A stretch of DNA of 64,000 nucleotides, from assembly GCA_964518395.1 (NCBI GenBank), contig CAZFGA010000008.1, forward strand, positions 40,699 through 104,698. Reading direction: 5' to 3'. The notes below the pieces were generated by a model. It did not search any database. It was not told the origin of the DNA and saw only the letters and a list, made by a program, of their open reading frames with translations. The stretch is from an uncultured Flavobacterium sp. GTDB lineage: Bacteria > Bacteroidota > Bacteroidia > Flavobacteriales > Flavobacteriaceae. This document shows positions 8,551 through 18,268 of this stretch, one piece after another; the stretch's first letter is position 1; each line of letters opens with the position of its first letter. The position numbers and the translations under genes were made by a program.

Positions 8551-9453
8551 ATGGCTATAGAAACCTGCAATTTTTCAGAGAGTGCTATTGTTTGGACCGA
8601 TATTACAAATCCGACAAAGGAAGAGCTTGAAAAAGTGAGCAAAATATATGATTTAAATCCTTATACACTGATTGATAGCTTAGATCCGGACCATCTTCCC
8701 AAATATGAAGAGCATAACAAAACGCATTTTTTTATTGCCAGGATTTTGCATCAGTCCCATGAACATGAGCAGACTATTAGAGAATTGAGCAGTAAGATTG
8801 CTGTTTTTTTTAATTCTGATTTTATCATAACCATTCACCGCACGGCGCAGCCAATCATGCAGGAAATACGAGAAACTTGTATACAGACTGGAAAACTGAC
8901 AACAACGGCGGGGATGGCGATAAAAGTCATTTGGGAAATGCTACATTCGTACGAACTTCCGGCTATGAAACTTTCGGAAAAAATTGATTATTACGAATCG
9001 AAAGTTTTTCTAAAAAAGAATATTCCTGCCGATATGATCGAAGGAATGTATTATCTGAAAAGAAAAGCAGGACTTTGCAAAAAGCTGCTGTTGCTCACAA
9101 ACGAAGTTGTTAATTCGGTTAAAGTAGAAGAGAAGAATTTGCCGGCCTTGCAGGATGTTAGGGATCTTCACCTGAAATTACTCACACTATACGGGCAGGT
9201 TCAGGATGATGCTAATAATTTGCTGAATATTTACTTATCACTGTCGGCCAGAAAAACAAATGATGTGATGAAGATTCTTACCATCTTTTCAGTTTTTTTT
9301 ATGCCGCTGACTTTTATTGCGGGTATTTACGGGATGAATTTCAAGTTTATGCCTGAATTGGATGAAAAATTAGGGTATCCGCTTGCTTTACTGGCTATGG
9401 TAATCGTTTCGGTCGTTATTTTTATCTGGTTCCGAAGAAAAAAATGGCTGTAA
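8551..9453 (+). CDS. corA: CorA family magnesium/cobalt transporter
   Basis: 300 aa. C-terminal YGMNF motif flanked by two TM helices (ILTIFSVFFMPLTFIAGIYGMNF ... LALLAMVIVSVVIFIWF). Confidence 0.85.
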   Translation: MAIETCNFSESAIVWTDITNPTKEELEKVSKIYDLNPYTLIDSLDPDHLPKYEEHNKTHFFIARILHQSHEHEQTIRELSSKIAVFFNSDFIITIHRTAQPIMQEIRETCIQTGKLTTTAGMAIKVIWEMLHSYELPAMKLSEKIDYYESKVFLKKNIPADMIEGMYYLKRKAGLCKKLLLLTNEVVNSVKVEEKNLPALQDVRDLHLKLLTLYGQVQDDANNLLNIYLSLSARKTNDVMKILTIFSVFFMPLTFIAGIYGMNFKFMPELDEKLGYPLALLAMVIVSVVIFIWFRRKKWL

Positions 9454-9454
9454 T

Positions 9455-9481
9455 AAAAAAGGCGGAAGTACTACTTCCGCC
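9455..9481. terminator. Bidirectional hairpin terminator between corA and the small minus-strand gene
   Basis: GGCGGAAG / CTTCCGCC stem, with an A-run on the left that gives a U-run on the minus strand. Confidence 0.6.
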
Positions 9482-9503
9482 CCCTAACTAAACTCAAATT
9501 TGT

Positions 9504-9695
9504 TTATGGTATCCCCATGGTTTCATTGTTTTCTGCTTTCGGCTGTTTTGCTTCTTTTAGACTAGGATTAGTTACTTGGTTATTTTTATCGTCTGTAAAG
9601 TTGGCATCTTTATCCAACTTTTGAACCGGTATTTCTGAAACATGAATGTATTTTTCGCCAGCTGTATCCTTTTGCTTTTTTTCGCGATTTTCCAT
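9504..9695 (-). CDS. Small hydrophilic protein, unknown function
   Basis: 63-aa ORF with an ATG start, Lys/Glu/Asn-rich, followed by the terminator at 9455-9481. Confidence 0.4.
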   Translation of the reverse strand: MENREKKQKDTAGEKYIHVSEIPVQKLDKDANFTDDKNNQVTNPSLKEAKQPKAENNETMGIP

Positions 9696-9784
9696 GGCGT
9701 TATGTTTTTACCAAAGTTAGACTCTTTGGTGTTTTTTTGTGTTATATTATTCTTGAAAAAGATTATGTAATTGAAATACGGGGT

Positions 9785-10813
9785 CTAAAGTTCCTTTTTA
9801 ATAGCTTCCATAAATTCCTGTAATGGAAAAGCATCACCTTGGTTTGTCAGTAGAATAATAACAGTTTTATCATGGAGTTTTCTCCAAATACAGGCTCTAT
9901 AACCGTTTAATCCACCTGTATGGCTTACGATTTTATGACCGCTTTTTTCTTCTATATTCCAGCCAAAACCATAATTTGAAATACTTCCGTTATTTAACGT
10001 TGCGGATTTATAAGCGTTTTCCATTTCTTTTAAACTGAGTAGCTTTTGGCTGTAAAGTGCTTCTTCCCAAACAAACAAATCTTCGGTGGTTGAAAAAATA
10101 CTCCCATCACCAGTGGTTAAAATCAAATAATCGTCGAGTTTTTTGTTTTTATCATATCCTATGGCTCTGTTTGTAATTGTGGGTTTGGTTGTGTCATAGA
10201 CGATGGTTCGGTTTAAATTTAATGGCTTAAAAATGGCTTCTTTTAAATAATCAGCATAGGATGAACCGCTTATTTTTTCAATGATGGCTGCTAAAATAAT
10301 ATAACCGGTATTGCTGTATTCGAATTTGTCTCCAGGTAAAAAGTTTAGTTTGTTTTTAGTAGCAAGCCATTGCAATACCTGTGCATTCGTAAGATTTTTT
10401 ACAGGCGACATTTCTTTTTCATAATCAGGAATACCAGATGTATGATTGAGTAATTGGCGTACGGTGACCTTTTTTGTAAATGTTGGTAAGTTGGAGATAT
10501 ATACCGAAATTGGATCTTCATACGTTAATTTCCCCTGTTCTTTCAATTGCATGATAGCTAAAGCAGTAAAAGGCTTGGCAAGCGAGGCAATATAAAATGC
10601 AGTAGCGTTGTTTAAAGGCTGTTTTGTTTTGAAGTCGCTATAACCCAAAACGGTATCGCAAAGAATCTTTCCATCTTTGGCAACTAAAAGCGATCCGTTA
10701 AAAGCTCCTTTTTTGTTATAGCTGCTTGCTATTTCTTTGATATTGTTTTCCGGGATATCATTACATGACATGAATACAGTTACTGTGAGAACCAGAAGAA
10801 GGAAGTTTTTCAT
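9785..10813 (-). CDS. Secreted serine hydrolase of the class C beta-lactamase / PBP fold
   Basis: Signal peptide. SxxK (ASLAK), YSN (EYSNTGY) and an HTG triad (SHTGGL) in the canonical order. Confidence 0.8.
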   Translation of the reverse strand: MKNFLLLVLTVTVFMSCNDIPENNIKEIASSYNKKGAFNGSLLVAKDGKILCDTVLGYSDFKTKQPLNNATAFYIASLAKPFTALAIMQLKEQGKLTYEDPISVYISNLPTFTKKVTVRQLLNHTSGIPDYEKEMSPVKNLTNAQVLQWLATKNKLNFLPGDKFEYSNTGYIILAAIIEKISGSSYADYLKEAIFKPLNLNRTIVYDTTKPTITNRAIGYDKNKKLDDYLILTTGDGSIFSTTEDLFVWEEALYSQKLLSLKEMENAYKSATLNNGSISNYGFGWNIEEKSGHKIVSHTGGLNGYRACIWRKLHDKTVIILLTNQGDAFPLQEFMEAIKKEL

Positions 10814-11113
10814 AGTTGTCTATTTTTTGGTCAGGACTAATTTTTTTAGGATTATAATTTGGGCAAGATGATAATAGTTGCATTCAATAATTCCATTGTT
10901 CCATCGGTTTTATATAATGTTATTTTTTGATTTTTGAAATGGTTTGCCAAATAGCTTTTGAAGGCTTCTCTAAATCATTAACTGCAAGTTTCATTAGAGT
11001 GGTAGTTTTGTTGTGAAATTTCCATATAAAATAAGTTATAAAAAAAATGCACCGGCAAAAGAAAAGCTTTTACAGGTAATTTAATTCAAGGATTGCTATG
11101 TTATTGTAGCGAA

Positions 11114-11767
11114 TTATTTCTTTTTGAAGAAGGTTGCTTCAAGCGCAGGCAGTTCTTTTTTATACTGCTCAACATTCCAATTTAACCCGATTTCTGCCAG
11201 ATATATTTCGAGCTTTGGAAGGCCAACCTCGGCTCTGCGTTTGTCAACGTTGTCAGGATCTTCCAACGGAGCAACAAAACTTATATCTGTTTCCATATTC
11301 CAACTGACCTGACTGCCATAAATTTGTTTTTTTCCTTGTTTCAAAGCGACACGATCTTCAAGCAATGCCAATGAACTAGCTTTTGCGTTCCCCTGTTTTA
11401 CAGCCGCTTTCATCATTGGAAGGTATTTTATCTGTGCCGGAAGATCTGAATGTTGGATGACCATAAACAGAGTAGTGTTGGCTTGGCTGCCAATTTTATC
11501 AGAACCGACCCATCCGTATTTGCTGAGTATTTTCTCTACCTGAATCAAATTTAGAGAATCGGTAGTTTTCATGTTTTTGAAAAGCTCTTTTGCTTCCTTT
11601 GAATTGTTTCCAAAGCGACTGATTGTTTCGTCAATCTTGTTCCGGTATTTCTGGTCTAATTCATCGATTGATAAAAGCTGTTCCGTAATGTCTTTGTAAT
11701 TGACGTCTTGTCCAAATGTGGTAAGCGGGCAGGTGATGAAAAAGACCACTAAGAATTTTAATTTCAT
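11114..11767 (-). CDS. Secreted protein, unknown function
   Basis: Signal peptide MKLKFLVVFFITCPLTTFGQ. 217 aa, helical. No motif recognised. Confidence 0.6.
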   Translation of the reverse strand: MKLKFLVVFFITCPLTTFGQDVNYKDITEQLLSIDELDQKYRNKIDETISRFGNNSKEAKELFKNMKTTDSLNLIQVEKILSKYGWVGSDKIGSQANTTLFMVIQHSDLPAQIKYLPMMKAAVKQGNAKASSLALLEDRVALKQGKKQIYGSQVSWNMETDISFVAPLEDPDNVDKRRAEVGLPKLEIYLAEIGLNWNVEQYKKELPALEATFFKKK

Positions 11768-11831
11768 GAGTTTTTTGATGATGATGATTTTCTTGAGCCC
11801 TAAGCTATGAAAAAATGCCTTTAAAAAAGAA

Positions 11832-11849
11832 AAGCCTTTAAAAAGGCTT
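11832..11849 (-). terminator. Hairpin terminator overlapping the stop codon of 11848-13680
   Basis: AAGCCTT / AAGGCTT stem, followed on the minus strand by TTCTTTTTT. Confidence 0.5.
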
Positions 11850-13680
11850 ATTCTTTGTGATTATTGATGATTATTTTCTGACTGAATTTCTGATTATCGG
11901 AGGAGATAAGATCTACGATATACACACCTTTACTCAGGCCATTGGTTGAAAATAAATAGCTATCATGGATTCCAAGATTGTCTTTTTTGAAAATACTCTT
12001 TCCTGTAATATCAAACAAAGCAACCGAACGAATGTCTGCCAGATTTGGATTTTGTAACGTAAAAGTTTGTGCTGTGTTATCCTGCGTAATTCCAAAAGTA
12101 CTTTTGACCACTTCACCTACACCTAAAACAGAATTTACGAAAGTAACAAAGAAGCGGTCATTATAAATTCCGGTTGGCAGGTTTACTTGATAACTGCTGT
12201 TTTTTATATCATGATAAGAACCATCTGCCGCATCATAAATATAGATCATTTGATCCGGGTCAAAACTTGTTACTTCCGGTACATAAAATTTAATCGATGC
12301 GTTATTGGCAGCCTTTACTCCCAAAGGAATTCTCTTACCCAAATCAAAACTTGTTCCCTGGATTACATATTTGTTGTTGTCCAAGAAAAAATAAGCGTCA
12401 TTTGGTAGTTCTTCCGGAGCTATGCTTAAGGCATCAATACCAACATCAATACCGTCTGTAGCTTCGGGAAGGAATACTAAAGCGATTTGTCTGGTAAATT
12501 CGTTATTGAGAATAATGTTGAGTTTGAATTGCGCTTCAGTAATTATTGTTTCACTTTCCGTTGAATTTGTTTCACCCGAATTTGTTGTCTCATTAAGTTT
12601 TTTTGGAGTCTTTGGTTTGTCAGGGCGCTCAAACTGAGATAATGGACCGCTTTCTTTATAATAAGAACGGTGCGAATTCTTTAAGGTTACTGTACCATTA
12701 GAAGCTCCTTTAATCATAAATCCCTGTCCAACAGGAGCATATTTTCTTTCGATAACCAAACCCGAAGAAGTTCCTACACCATTCAGTGAACCGTCAGAAT
12801 TATAAGAGTTAAATGTGGCAGGCACATAGATTCCATTCGAGCCTAGACTGATAGGGGAGTATGAGCCATAACCACCTTTATAAAGTCCAACGTTGTGGGA
12901 ATTGACAGTTTTGTCTTGTTCCCAATAATAGGCAATACCGGTGGCAGCATTATTTGTTGCGTCGAGAAGAAATGCATTCACGTTTAGTGCAGATGGATAT
13001 GGATTTCCGGTGAGCGTCAGATTATTGGTCGCTACGGTTACAGAAATGTTTCCGTCATTAGGTTTGCCTCTAAAATCATAACGTTGTGCGCCGCTTCCTC
13101 CCGGATTGTTTTGTATGCCGTTTGCTTCAACTATAGTTACATCGCTACCCGAAGTTCCTTTCATAGAAAATCCTTCTCCGGGAGCCAGGGTAGAAGCTGC
13201 CCCTACATATATCCATTGCGAATAGGAAATGGATGATAGGAATTTATAGATCCATCGGGACGATATAGCCAATGGATTTGCTGTACCGTTAGAATTGCTT
13301 GATGGAAGTATTGTCGCCGGAGTACTGGCTGTTGATGTTGTTGGCCTGTGGATCATTGAAATTCCAAAATTTTCATTTCCGGTAGCAGTTGAGGCATTGC
13401 CTACCGGAGAACACCAATAATTATAGTCGAAATTATCTGAGGTTCCTTCCTGGAAAACAGAAACTTTTCCTAGCCCTTTGTTTGCGGAAGCAGTTGTTGT
13501 TCCCTGTAGCAGTTGTGACTCGTTTCTCAGATAGATATTTCCGTTGTTTTGCAGGTTAATATCCTGTTTTACATATAAAACCTGGTCTTTAGCATACATA
13601 TAACTGTTGGTGCTGACATATAATTGTGCATAAGTAGCAGATGAAAGCAATAACGGTAGTAGGTATAAGAGTTTTTTCAT
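11848..13680 (-). CDS. Large secreted protein with a type-A T9SS C-terminal sorting domain, function unknown
   Basis: Signal peptide MKKLLYLLPLLLSSATYAQ. I trimmed the start to the ATG at 13680. The C-terminus LQNPNLADIRSVALFDITGKSIF...GLSKGVYIVDLISSDNQKFSQKIIIN fits the T9SS CTD pattern. Confidence 0.7.
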   Translation of the reverse strand: MKKLLYLLPLLLSSATYAQLYVSTNSYMYAKDQVLYVKQDINLQNNGNIYLRNESQLLQGTTTASANKGLGKVSVFQEGTSDNFDYNYWCSPVGNASTATGNENFGISMIHRPTTSTASTPATILPSSNSNGTANPLAISSRWIYKFLSSISYSQWIYVGAASTLAPGEGFSMKGTSGSDVTIVEANGIQNNPGGSGAQRYDFRGKPNDGNISVTVATNNLTLTGNPYPSALNVNAFLLDATNNAATGIAYYWEQDKTVNSHNVGLYKGGYGSYSPISLGSNGIYVPATFNSYNSDGSLNGVGTSSGLVIERKYAPVGQGFMIKGASNGTVTLKNSHRSYYKESGPLSQFERPDKPKTPKKLNETTNSGETNSTESETIITEAQFKLNIILNNEFTRQIALVFLPEATDGIDVGIDALSIAPEELPNDAYFFLDNNKYVIQGTSFDLGKRIPLGVKAANNASIKFYVPEVTSFDPDQMIYIYDAADGSYHDIKNSSYQVNLPTGIYNDRFFVTFVNSVLGVGEVVKSTFGITQDNTAQTFTLQNPNLADIRSVALFDITGKSIFKKDNLGIHDSYLFSTNGLSKGVYIVDLISSDNQKFSQKIIINNHKE

Positions 13681-13696
13681 GACTTTAAGATTAGGG

Positions 13697-15214
13697 TTAT
13701 TTAACACTCATATTGAATGATCTTACCATGAAGGTTTGTGCAGTGGTACCGGTACCTTGGTTGAGTCTTCTTATCCACAATTCTACTGAGTCTCCTGTGT
13801 TTAGATAAACAGAGCCTTGTACAGGGAAGGCTTGGATATATCCGGCATTGGTATCAATTATGGTTTCTGTGGCTACTTGCGGATCGGTTCCACCGGCTGC
13901 CGGTATTCTCATAATTAAAAAGGCATATTCTGTATTGTTTGTCCCTGCAATATTTCCAAAGGATATGGAGCAGTTTACCTGAAATACTCTACCTTTTTTA
14001 CCGGAGTAGGTAATCCGGTTGGTTTGACTAGACGTTGTCCTGTAAAGATTGGAACTCAGTCCGGCGGCAATAGCAAGTTTTACATTAGTCGCTAATGTTC
14101 CTACAGGGGTCTGGCTTTGTGCTGTTCCTGTTCTGTCGAGATAAACAGTTCCGCTTGCTTGTGAATCTCCTTCATTAGGTATGCCGGTGCATCGCACTGA
14201 CCAGCTATTGTTGAAATTAAAACCGGTATAAGTTCCTACCGTATATGGATTGATATATTTTCCGGTTGTAACTGTTCCGGTAAAGACTACGGTTTCCATT
14301 ACTGCATCGCCCGTGATGGTTGGGTTGGAAGAAACGTCAAACCCAATTTTTGTTCCTGTTACTTCGCTAAAACCGCCTTGCTTTTGTACCAATCCAAAAG
14401 TTCCCTGCAAGGTTTCATAAGTTCCGGAATTGTTGGAAAACCATCCGGCATTGCTTATGAGCAATCGGCTGATATCCTTATAGACGATTCCGGTCGTGTT
14501 ATTGATATATTGTACAATACTTGTAAATACGAGTGCAAAGTTTTCCAACTTTCCAACATTTGCCGAAGAGCTTATGATACAGTCCCTGACAATCATGCTT
14601 TGGGTTTGAGTACCCGCTACAATCGATCCTGTTCCGGTAATATTAAAAATGTTGCCCGTTGTTGCCTGTAATGTCACTACACGCATCGAGCCACCTGTTG
14701 TTCCGACAAACAGATCGCCGGTGGCCCTGACAAGTTTGTCGTCCGATGAATCTTCACCAACAATGTAGGCATTATTCAATTCTATAGGAAGATCTACGTT
14801 AATTATTCCGTTGATTTCATATAATGTAGTGGCATCCAGAAGGTATTTTGTGTTTGACCCTGCTGTTTTTTCAGCTGCGAGCACGGTAGCCAGTACATCT
14901 GTTGATCGGATGAGCTTGTATTTTAATCTGCCATCTTTACCATTGTTGATTTTTACCCATGTAGTATTGGGAGTGTCGTAGAAATAAAATGACCCTAACG
15001 TAGTGTCATAGACCATCATCCCATTGGCAGGAGTTGTTATTGCCGTCCTTTGGGCTGTTGTCATTCTTGGAGTTACGAATCCTTGTGTGGTAGATTCTAC
15101 ATGAAGTGCAGCTGTTGGTTCTGGAGAGATAGTTCCAATCCCAATTTGCGAATATCCGATCGTGCTTAGCAATAGCAAAAGTACCATCGGAATGGTTTTA
15201 GTAATTCTTTTCAT
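13697..15214 (-). CDS. Large secreted Thr/Gly-rich protein, function unknown (no T9SS CTD seen)
   Basis: Signal peptide, then the conserved-looking block QIGIGTISPEPTAALHVES...TPRMTTAQRTAITTPANGMMVYDT...FYFYD. Lies 16 nt upstream of the T9SS cargo gene. Confidence 0.65.
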   Translation of the reverse strand: MKRITKTIPMVLLLLLSTIGYSQIGIGTISPEPTAALHVESTTQGFVTPRMTTAQRTAITTPANGMMVYDTTLGSFYFYDTPNTTWVKINNGKDGRLKYKLIRSTDVLATVLAAEKTAGSNTKYLLDATTLYEINGIINVDLPIELNNAYIVGEDSSDDKLVRATGDLFVGTTGGSMRVVTLQATTGNIFNITGTGSIVAGTQTQSMIVRDCIISSSANVGKLENFALVFTSIVQYINNTTGIVYKDISRLLISNAGWFSNNSGTYETLQGTFGLVQKQGGFSEVTGTKIGFDVSSNPTITGDAVMETVVFTGTVTTGKYINPYTVGTYTGFNFNNSWSVRCTGIPNEGDSQASGTVYLDRTGTAQSQTPVGTLATNVKLAIAAGLSSNLYRTTSSQTNRITYSGKKGRVFQVNCSISFGNIAGTNNTEYAFLIMRIPAAGGTDPQVATETIIDTNAGYIQAFPVQGSVYLNTGDSVELWIRRLNQGTGTTAQTFMVRSFNMSVK

Positions 15215-15236
15215 AGCGATAGATTTGTAGGTATCT

Positions 15237-15244
15237 CAAATTTA
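15237..15244 (-). promoter_or_regulatory. Candidate -7 box TAAATTTG
   Basis: Minus strand, 22 nt upstream of the ATG at 15214. Confidence 0.45.
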
Positions 15245-15391
15245 AATAAAAATTATTGAAGAATTGTTGTTAAATCAATAATTAACAAATTTTTACTCTG
15301 TAATTTACTTGTTTTATTGGCGATTATGTAATTCGCGTTTGGTGACATTTATGGATTTTCTAACTCTTTTAATGCGAAAAATTATACAAAT

Positions 15392-15414
15392 AAAAAGACC
15401 CATAAAGGGTCTTT
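15392..15414 (-). terminator. Intrinsic terminator of the AraC-cytochrome-DUF1772-HEAT operon
   Basis: AAAGACCC / GGGTCTTT stem with a 5-nt loop and a U-run on the minus strand, 24 nt after the stop at 15438. Confidence 0.7.
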
Positions 15415-15437
15415 CAAAAAAATAGAATAAGATTGTT

Positions 15438-16538
15438 TTAGTCATGGAGATGGAATGCTTCAGGGGTATTTTCCTCTCCGTTTACGATTAGTGAAAGCTT
15501 ATGTTCTCCGGGGTAAAATTTACGTGTTGTAATAGGCTTGAATGATTGTTTTCTCTTGATAATTTCTTTTTGTCCGGGAAGATAAGTCCTTTCACTTATT
15601 TTGAAGACTTTTTTAGAGAGATGGCCATTGGCTTTATTGTAATAAACAGCATACTCCAGGCGAATGTGTTTGGGTTCTGTATTGTTGTTTGCAACAAAAA
15701 AATCAAACTCAAGACTTTCCGGTAATTTTACTTTTGGCGTTATAATCCTAAAACCAGAAATTTCAAGGCCTTTGCTGTCAAGTCCGTAATGGCTGAGTAT
15801 TTCCGGATGTCCCTGTTTAAGTAATGTGCGACTGCCGTGTTTTATGATAGCATCGGTTTCTTTACTATGGCCTTTCCATTTTTGCGCTATAGCCAGTACA
15901 ATATGCGGATGGTCTTTGGCAATATCATTCAGGTTGTTTGCTACGCTGCGTCGTACATATTCAGACGGGTCGTTTTTAAGATTTTCCAAAAGCGGCAATA
16001 TGGCTTCCGGATTCTTTTTCAGTTCCGGTAAAGCCATTGCCCACGGCAGTCTTGGCCGGCTTCCTTCGCTGGCCAATCTTCGTACTTTATGGCTTTTGTG
16101 TAGTGACCATTCTTCCATTTGTTTGATCATCTGGTTGCCATACTTAATAATAAAAGGCCTTACGGCAAATTCACAAGATATAAACTGCGTTACAAATTCG
16201 ATTGATTTTACAGCATTGTTATAGTCGTCGAGCCCGTAGGTTTCGATATAATCCGGAATAAAAATATAGGCCAGGCCGTCTTCTCCATGTTGGTTCTTTC
16301 GAAGCAGATGGATGGTCTGCTCTAAAATATCAGAAGCCCTTCCAAAATCATCGGGCATAAAATTGCGCAGTACTTTTGTGGTATGGCGCATACGTTCTTT
16401 TAGCTCTTTTTGCGAAAATGAATCGTCAAAAATTTGTGCAACAAAGCGCTTTTTTTCAAAAAAAGGAATTGTTTGCGCCAAAACATCGGCAAGTCTGTCA
16501 TAGAAAATAGGAGAGTAAATGTTTTTTAGGGCACTCAT
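15438..16538 (-). CDS. DNA alkylation repair (AlkD-like HEAT-repeat) family protein
   Basis: 366 aa, helical repeats. Blocks VRRLASEGSRPRLPWA and DPSEYVRRSVANNLNDIAKDHP are typical of this family. Confidence 0.65.
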   Translation of the reverse strand: MSALKNIYSPIFYDRLADVLAQTIPFFEKKRFVAQIFDDSFSQKELKERMRHTTKVLRNFMPDDFGRASDILEQTIHLLRKNQHGEDGLAYIFIPDYIETYGLDDYNNAVKSIEFVTQFISCEFAVRPFIIKYGNQMIKQMEEWSLHKSHKVRRLASEGSRPRLPWAMALPELKKNPEAILPLLENLKNDPSEYVRRSVANNLNDIAKDHPHIVLAIAQKWKGHSKETDAIIKHGSRTLLKQGHPEILSHYGLDSKGLEISGFRIITPKVKLPESLEFDFFVANNNTEPKHIRLEYAVYYNKANGHLSKKVFKISERTYLPGQKEIIKRKQSFKPITTRKFYPGEHKLSLIVNGEENTPEAFHLHD

Positions 16539-16552
16539 GCAAATCGGTTATT

Positions 16553-17077
16553 TTATGGAGTAATTGATGCTCCGGTTTTTGATTGTATTGTAAGACTTAT
16601 GATTACCAAAAGTAAAGAAATTACAGAAGCGACGGTTCGGATCTTATGGAGATTATTCCAGGGAACTTCGAAATTTTTACGTGCGAGATTAATTTCTCCT
16701 GCGGATGCGTTTTTTAATACGAAAGCATCGAGTGCATCGTTCAAGGGCACATTCCCGAAAATGGTGACGCCAAAAGTTCCACAGGCATATAGGATAAAAG
16801 CCGCAAGCATAAGCAGGAATTTTGGCGAATCCCAAGCCGTAAAATTAAGGAACAGGCTAATGGGAAGAAATAATAGGGTTCCCATAAAACTCAAAAAGAA
16901 CAGGGGATTTAATATTGCCCTGTTAATAGATTGCATTGCTGCAATGTACTCAGAATCTCCCAGCTGTTTAAGTCCCGGATTTACGGAGCAGGAATAGCTG
17001 TAAAATAAGCCTGCTATCAGAGCCAGCATCATAGTCGAAATGATTAAAGTAAGATCTGCCATAGTCGTTTTTTTCAT
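16553..17077 (-). CDS. DUF1772 (anthrone-oxygenase-like) membrane protein
   Basis: Four TM helices and the FGNVPLNDAL block. The ORF-track start is a TTG inside the upstream gene, so I trimmed it to the ATG at 17075-17077 (MKKTTMADL). Confidence 0.55.
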   Translation of the reverse strand: MKKTTMADLTLIISTMMLALIAGLFYSYSCSVNPGLKQLGDSEYIAAMQSINRAILNPLFFLSFMGTLLFLPISLFLNFTAWDSPKFLLMLAAFILYACGTFGVTIFGNVPLNDALDAFVLKNASAGEINLARKNFEVPWNNLHKIRTVASVISLLLVIISLTIQSKTGASITP

Positions 17078-17088
17078 GATTTTTGTTT

Positions 17089-17385
17089 TTATTTTCGTAA
17101 TGATTTTATGTAGGCGGCAACAGATTCGATTTCTGCGGACGATAATTTTCTTTCCCAACGAGGCATTCCTCTTCTGCCTTTAGAAATTATTGAAATAAGC
17201 TCTGTGTTTTCCAGACGGCTGGTTTGAAGGTTTTTTGCCCCAAAAAGCCCTTTTGTGCCGTCACCACCATGACATCGTTGGCATTTGCGCTCAAAAATAG
17301 CTTTACCATTTTCGATGGTGTTGTTCTGGGTTTCAGCCTGATTAATAGTTAAGATCAGAAAGCTAATATGAAGGAATGTTTTCAT
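17089..17385 (-). CDS. Periplasmic monoheme c-type cytochrome
   Basis: Signal peptide MKTFLHISFLILTINQA, heme motif CQRCH, and a distal Met in RRGMPRW. I trimmed the start from GTG (17415) to the ATG at 17385. Confidence 0.8.
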   Translation of the reverse strand: MKTFLHISFLILTINQAETQNNTIENGKAIFERKCQRCHGGDGTKGLFGAKNLQTSRLENTELISIISKGRRGMPRWERKLSSAEIESVAAYIKSLRK

Positions 17386-17430
17386 GCTTTTTTTAGCAAA
17401 GTTGCCAGGAATCACATGAAAAAAATAGAA

Positions 17431-18243
17431 TCAAACCGACACGATTGGTTGTGCCTCAAAATTATTTTCAAATTCGGATAGATATAATTTTGGTGTCACT
17501 CCAGTAAATTCCTTGAATGTACGAATGAAATGCGACTGATCTGAAAAACCATTTTCATAAGCAATATCAGAAAGTTTCGTGAAGTCATATGAATGGAGCT
17601 GTGCAAAAGCGGAACGAAATTGGCAGACTCTCGCAAAGAGGCGAGGCGATACGCCAATAGAATTTTCAAATCTTCTTTCGAATGTGCGCTCCGACAAATC
17701 GAATTTTTTATGTAAATCCGTTAAAATGACTTTGCCATTATAGTGGATGATTGTTTCTGTGGCGTGCTGTAACATCAGATCGGAAGTGTCTTTTGATGCA
17801 ATAGAAGTAAGAAAATCTGAGATGAGTCTGATTTGATTTTCAACAGAAGCAGTCTCCGATAATTTTTCCAGCAAAATAGGCGTTTCCTTCGGCTTTAGTA
17901 GCGAAATGTCCAAACAAGTGTCTGTAATTTCGCTGGCATTGATTTTAAAAAGCGAGCTAAGCACATGCGGCTTTAGGTAAAAGATAATCTTGGTGAATTG
18001 CCCGAAAGAAAAAAAATTGATTGGTTTTATGGTTTGTCCGTAGAGATAGAAGCTGGAAAGTTTTTCATTGCAGGCATTTGTAAAAAAGCCTTGGTCGGAT
18101 TGGCTGAATATAATACCAGGACAACCATCAGCAAAAAAACGTAAATAGCTTTCAGATTGCAGGGAAGCGCCTGAGGTGATTACCTCGATATGTTTTACAA
18201 ATGCCGATAGCTGTAATGTTGGTGCTATGGAATTAAAATTCAT
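17431..18243 (-). CDS. AraC family transcriptional regulator
   Basis: C-terminal HTH blocks ERTFERRFENSIGVSPRLF and ENGFSDQSHFIRTFKEFTGVTPKLY. Confidence 0.8.
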   Translation of the reverse strand: MNFNSIAPTLQLSAFVKHIEVITSGASLQSESYLRFFADGCPGIIFSQSDQGFFTNACNEKLSSFYLYGQTIKPINFFSFGQFTKIIFYLKPHVLSSLFKINASEITDTCLDISLLKPKETPILLEKLSETASVENQIRLISDFLTSIASKDTSDLMLQHATETIIHYNGKVILTDLHKKFDLSERTFERRFENSIGVSPRLFARVCQFRSAFAQLHSYDFTKLSDIAYENGFSDQSHFIRTFKEFTGVTPKLYLSEFENNFEAQPIVSV

Positions 18244-18268
18244 GGTTACTTCTGTCTAATGGTACATA

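Noticed and set aside
10814-11113. A 300-nt ORF-free gap containing a 24-codon minus-strand ORF (10920-10994, MKLAVNDLEKPSKAIWQTISKIKK).
   Set aside because: It is too short, has no promoter box or motif support, and I could not link it to any family. It is probably just the promoter/leader region of the hydrolase gene.
16553-17415. An apparent 70-nt overlap between the DUF1772 and cytochrome c ORFs, and similar long N-terminal extensions at 8448, 13707, 36733, 37999, 44577, 45692, 52428 and 55603.
   Set aside because: The extensions begin at TTG/GTG or at upstream ATGs lying inside the preceding gene, a terminator hairpin or upstream of a -7 box. Signal peptides or conserved N-termini begin at the downstream ATG.
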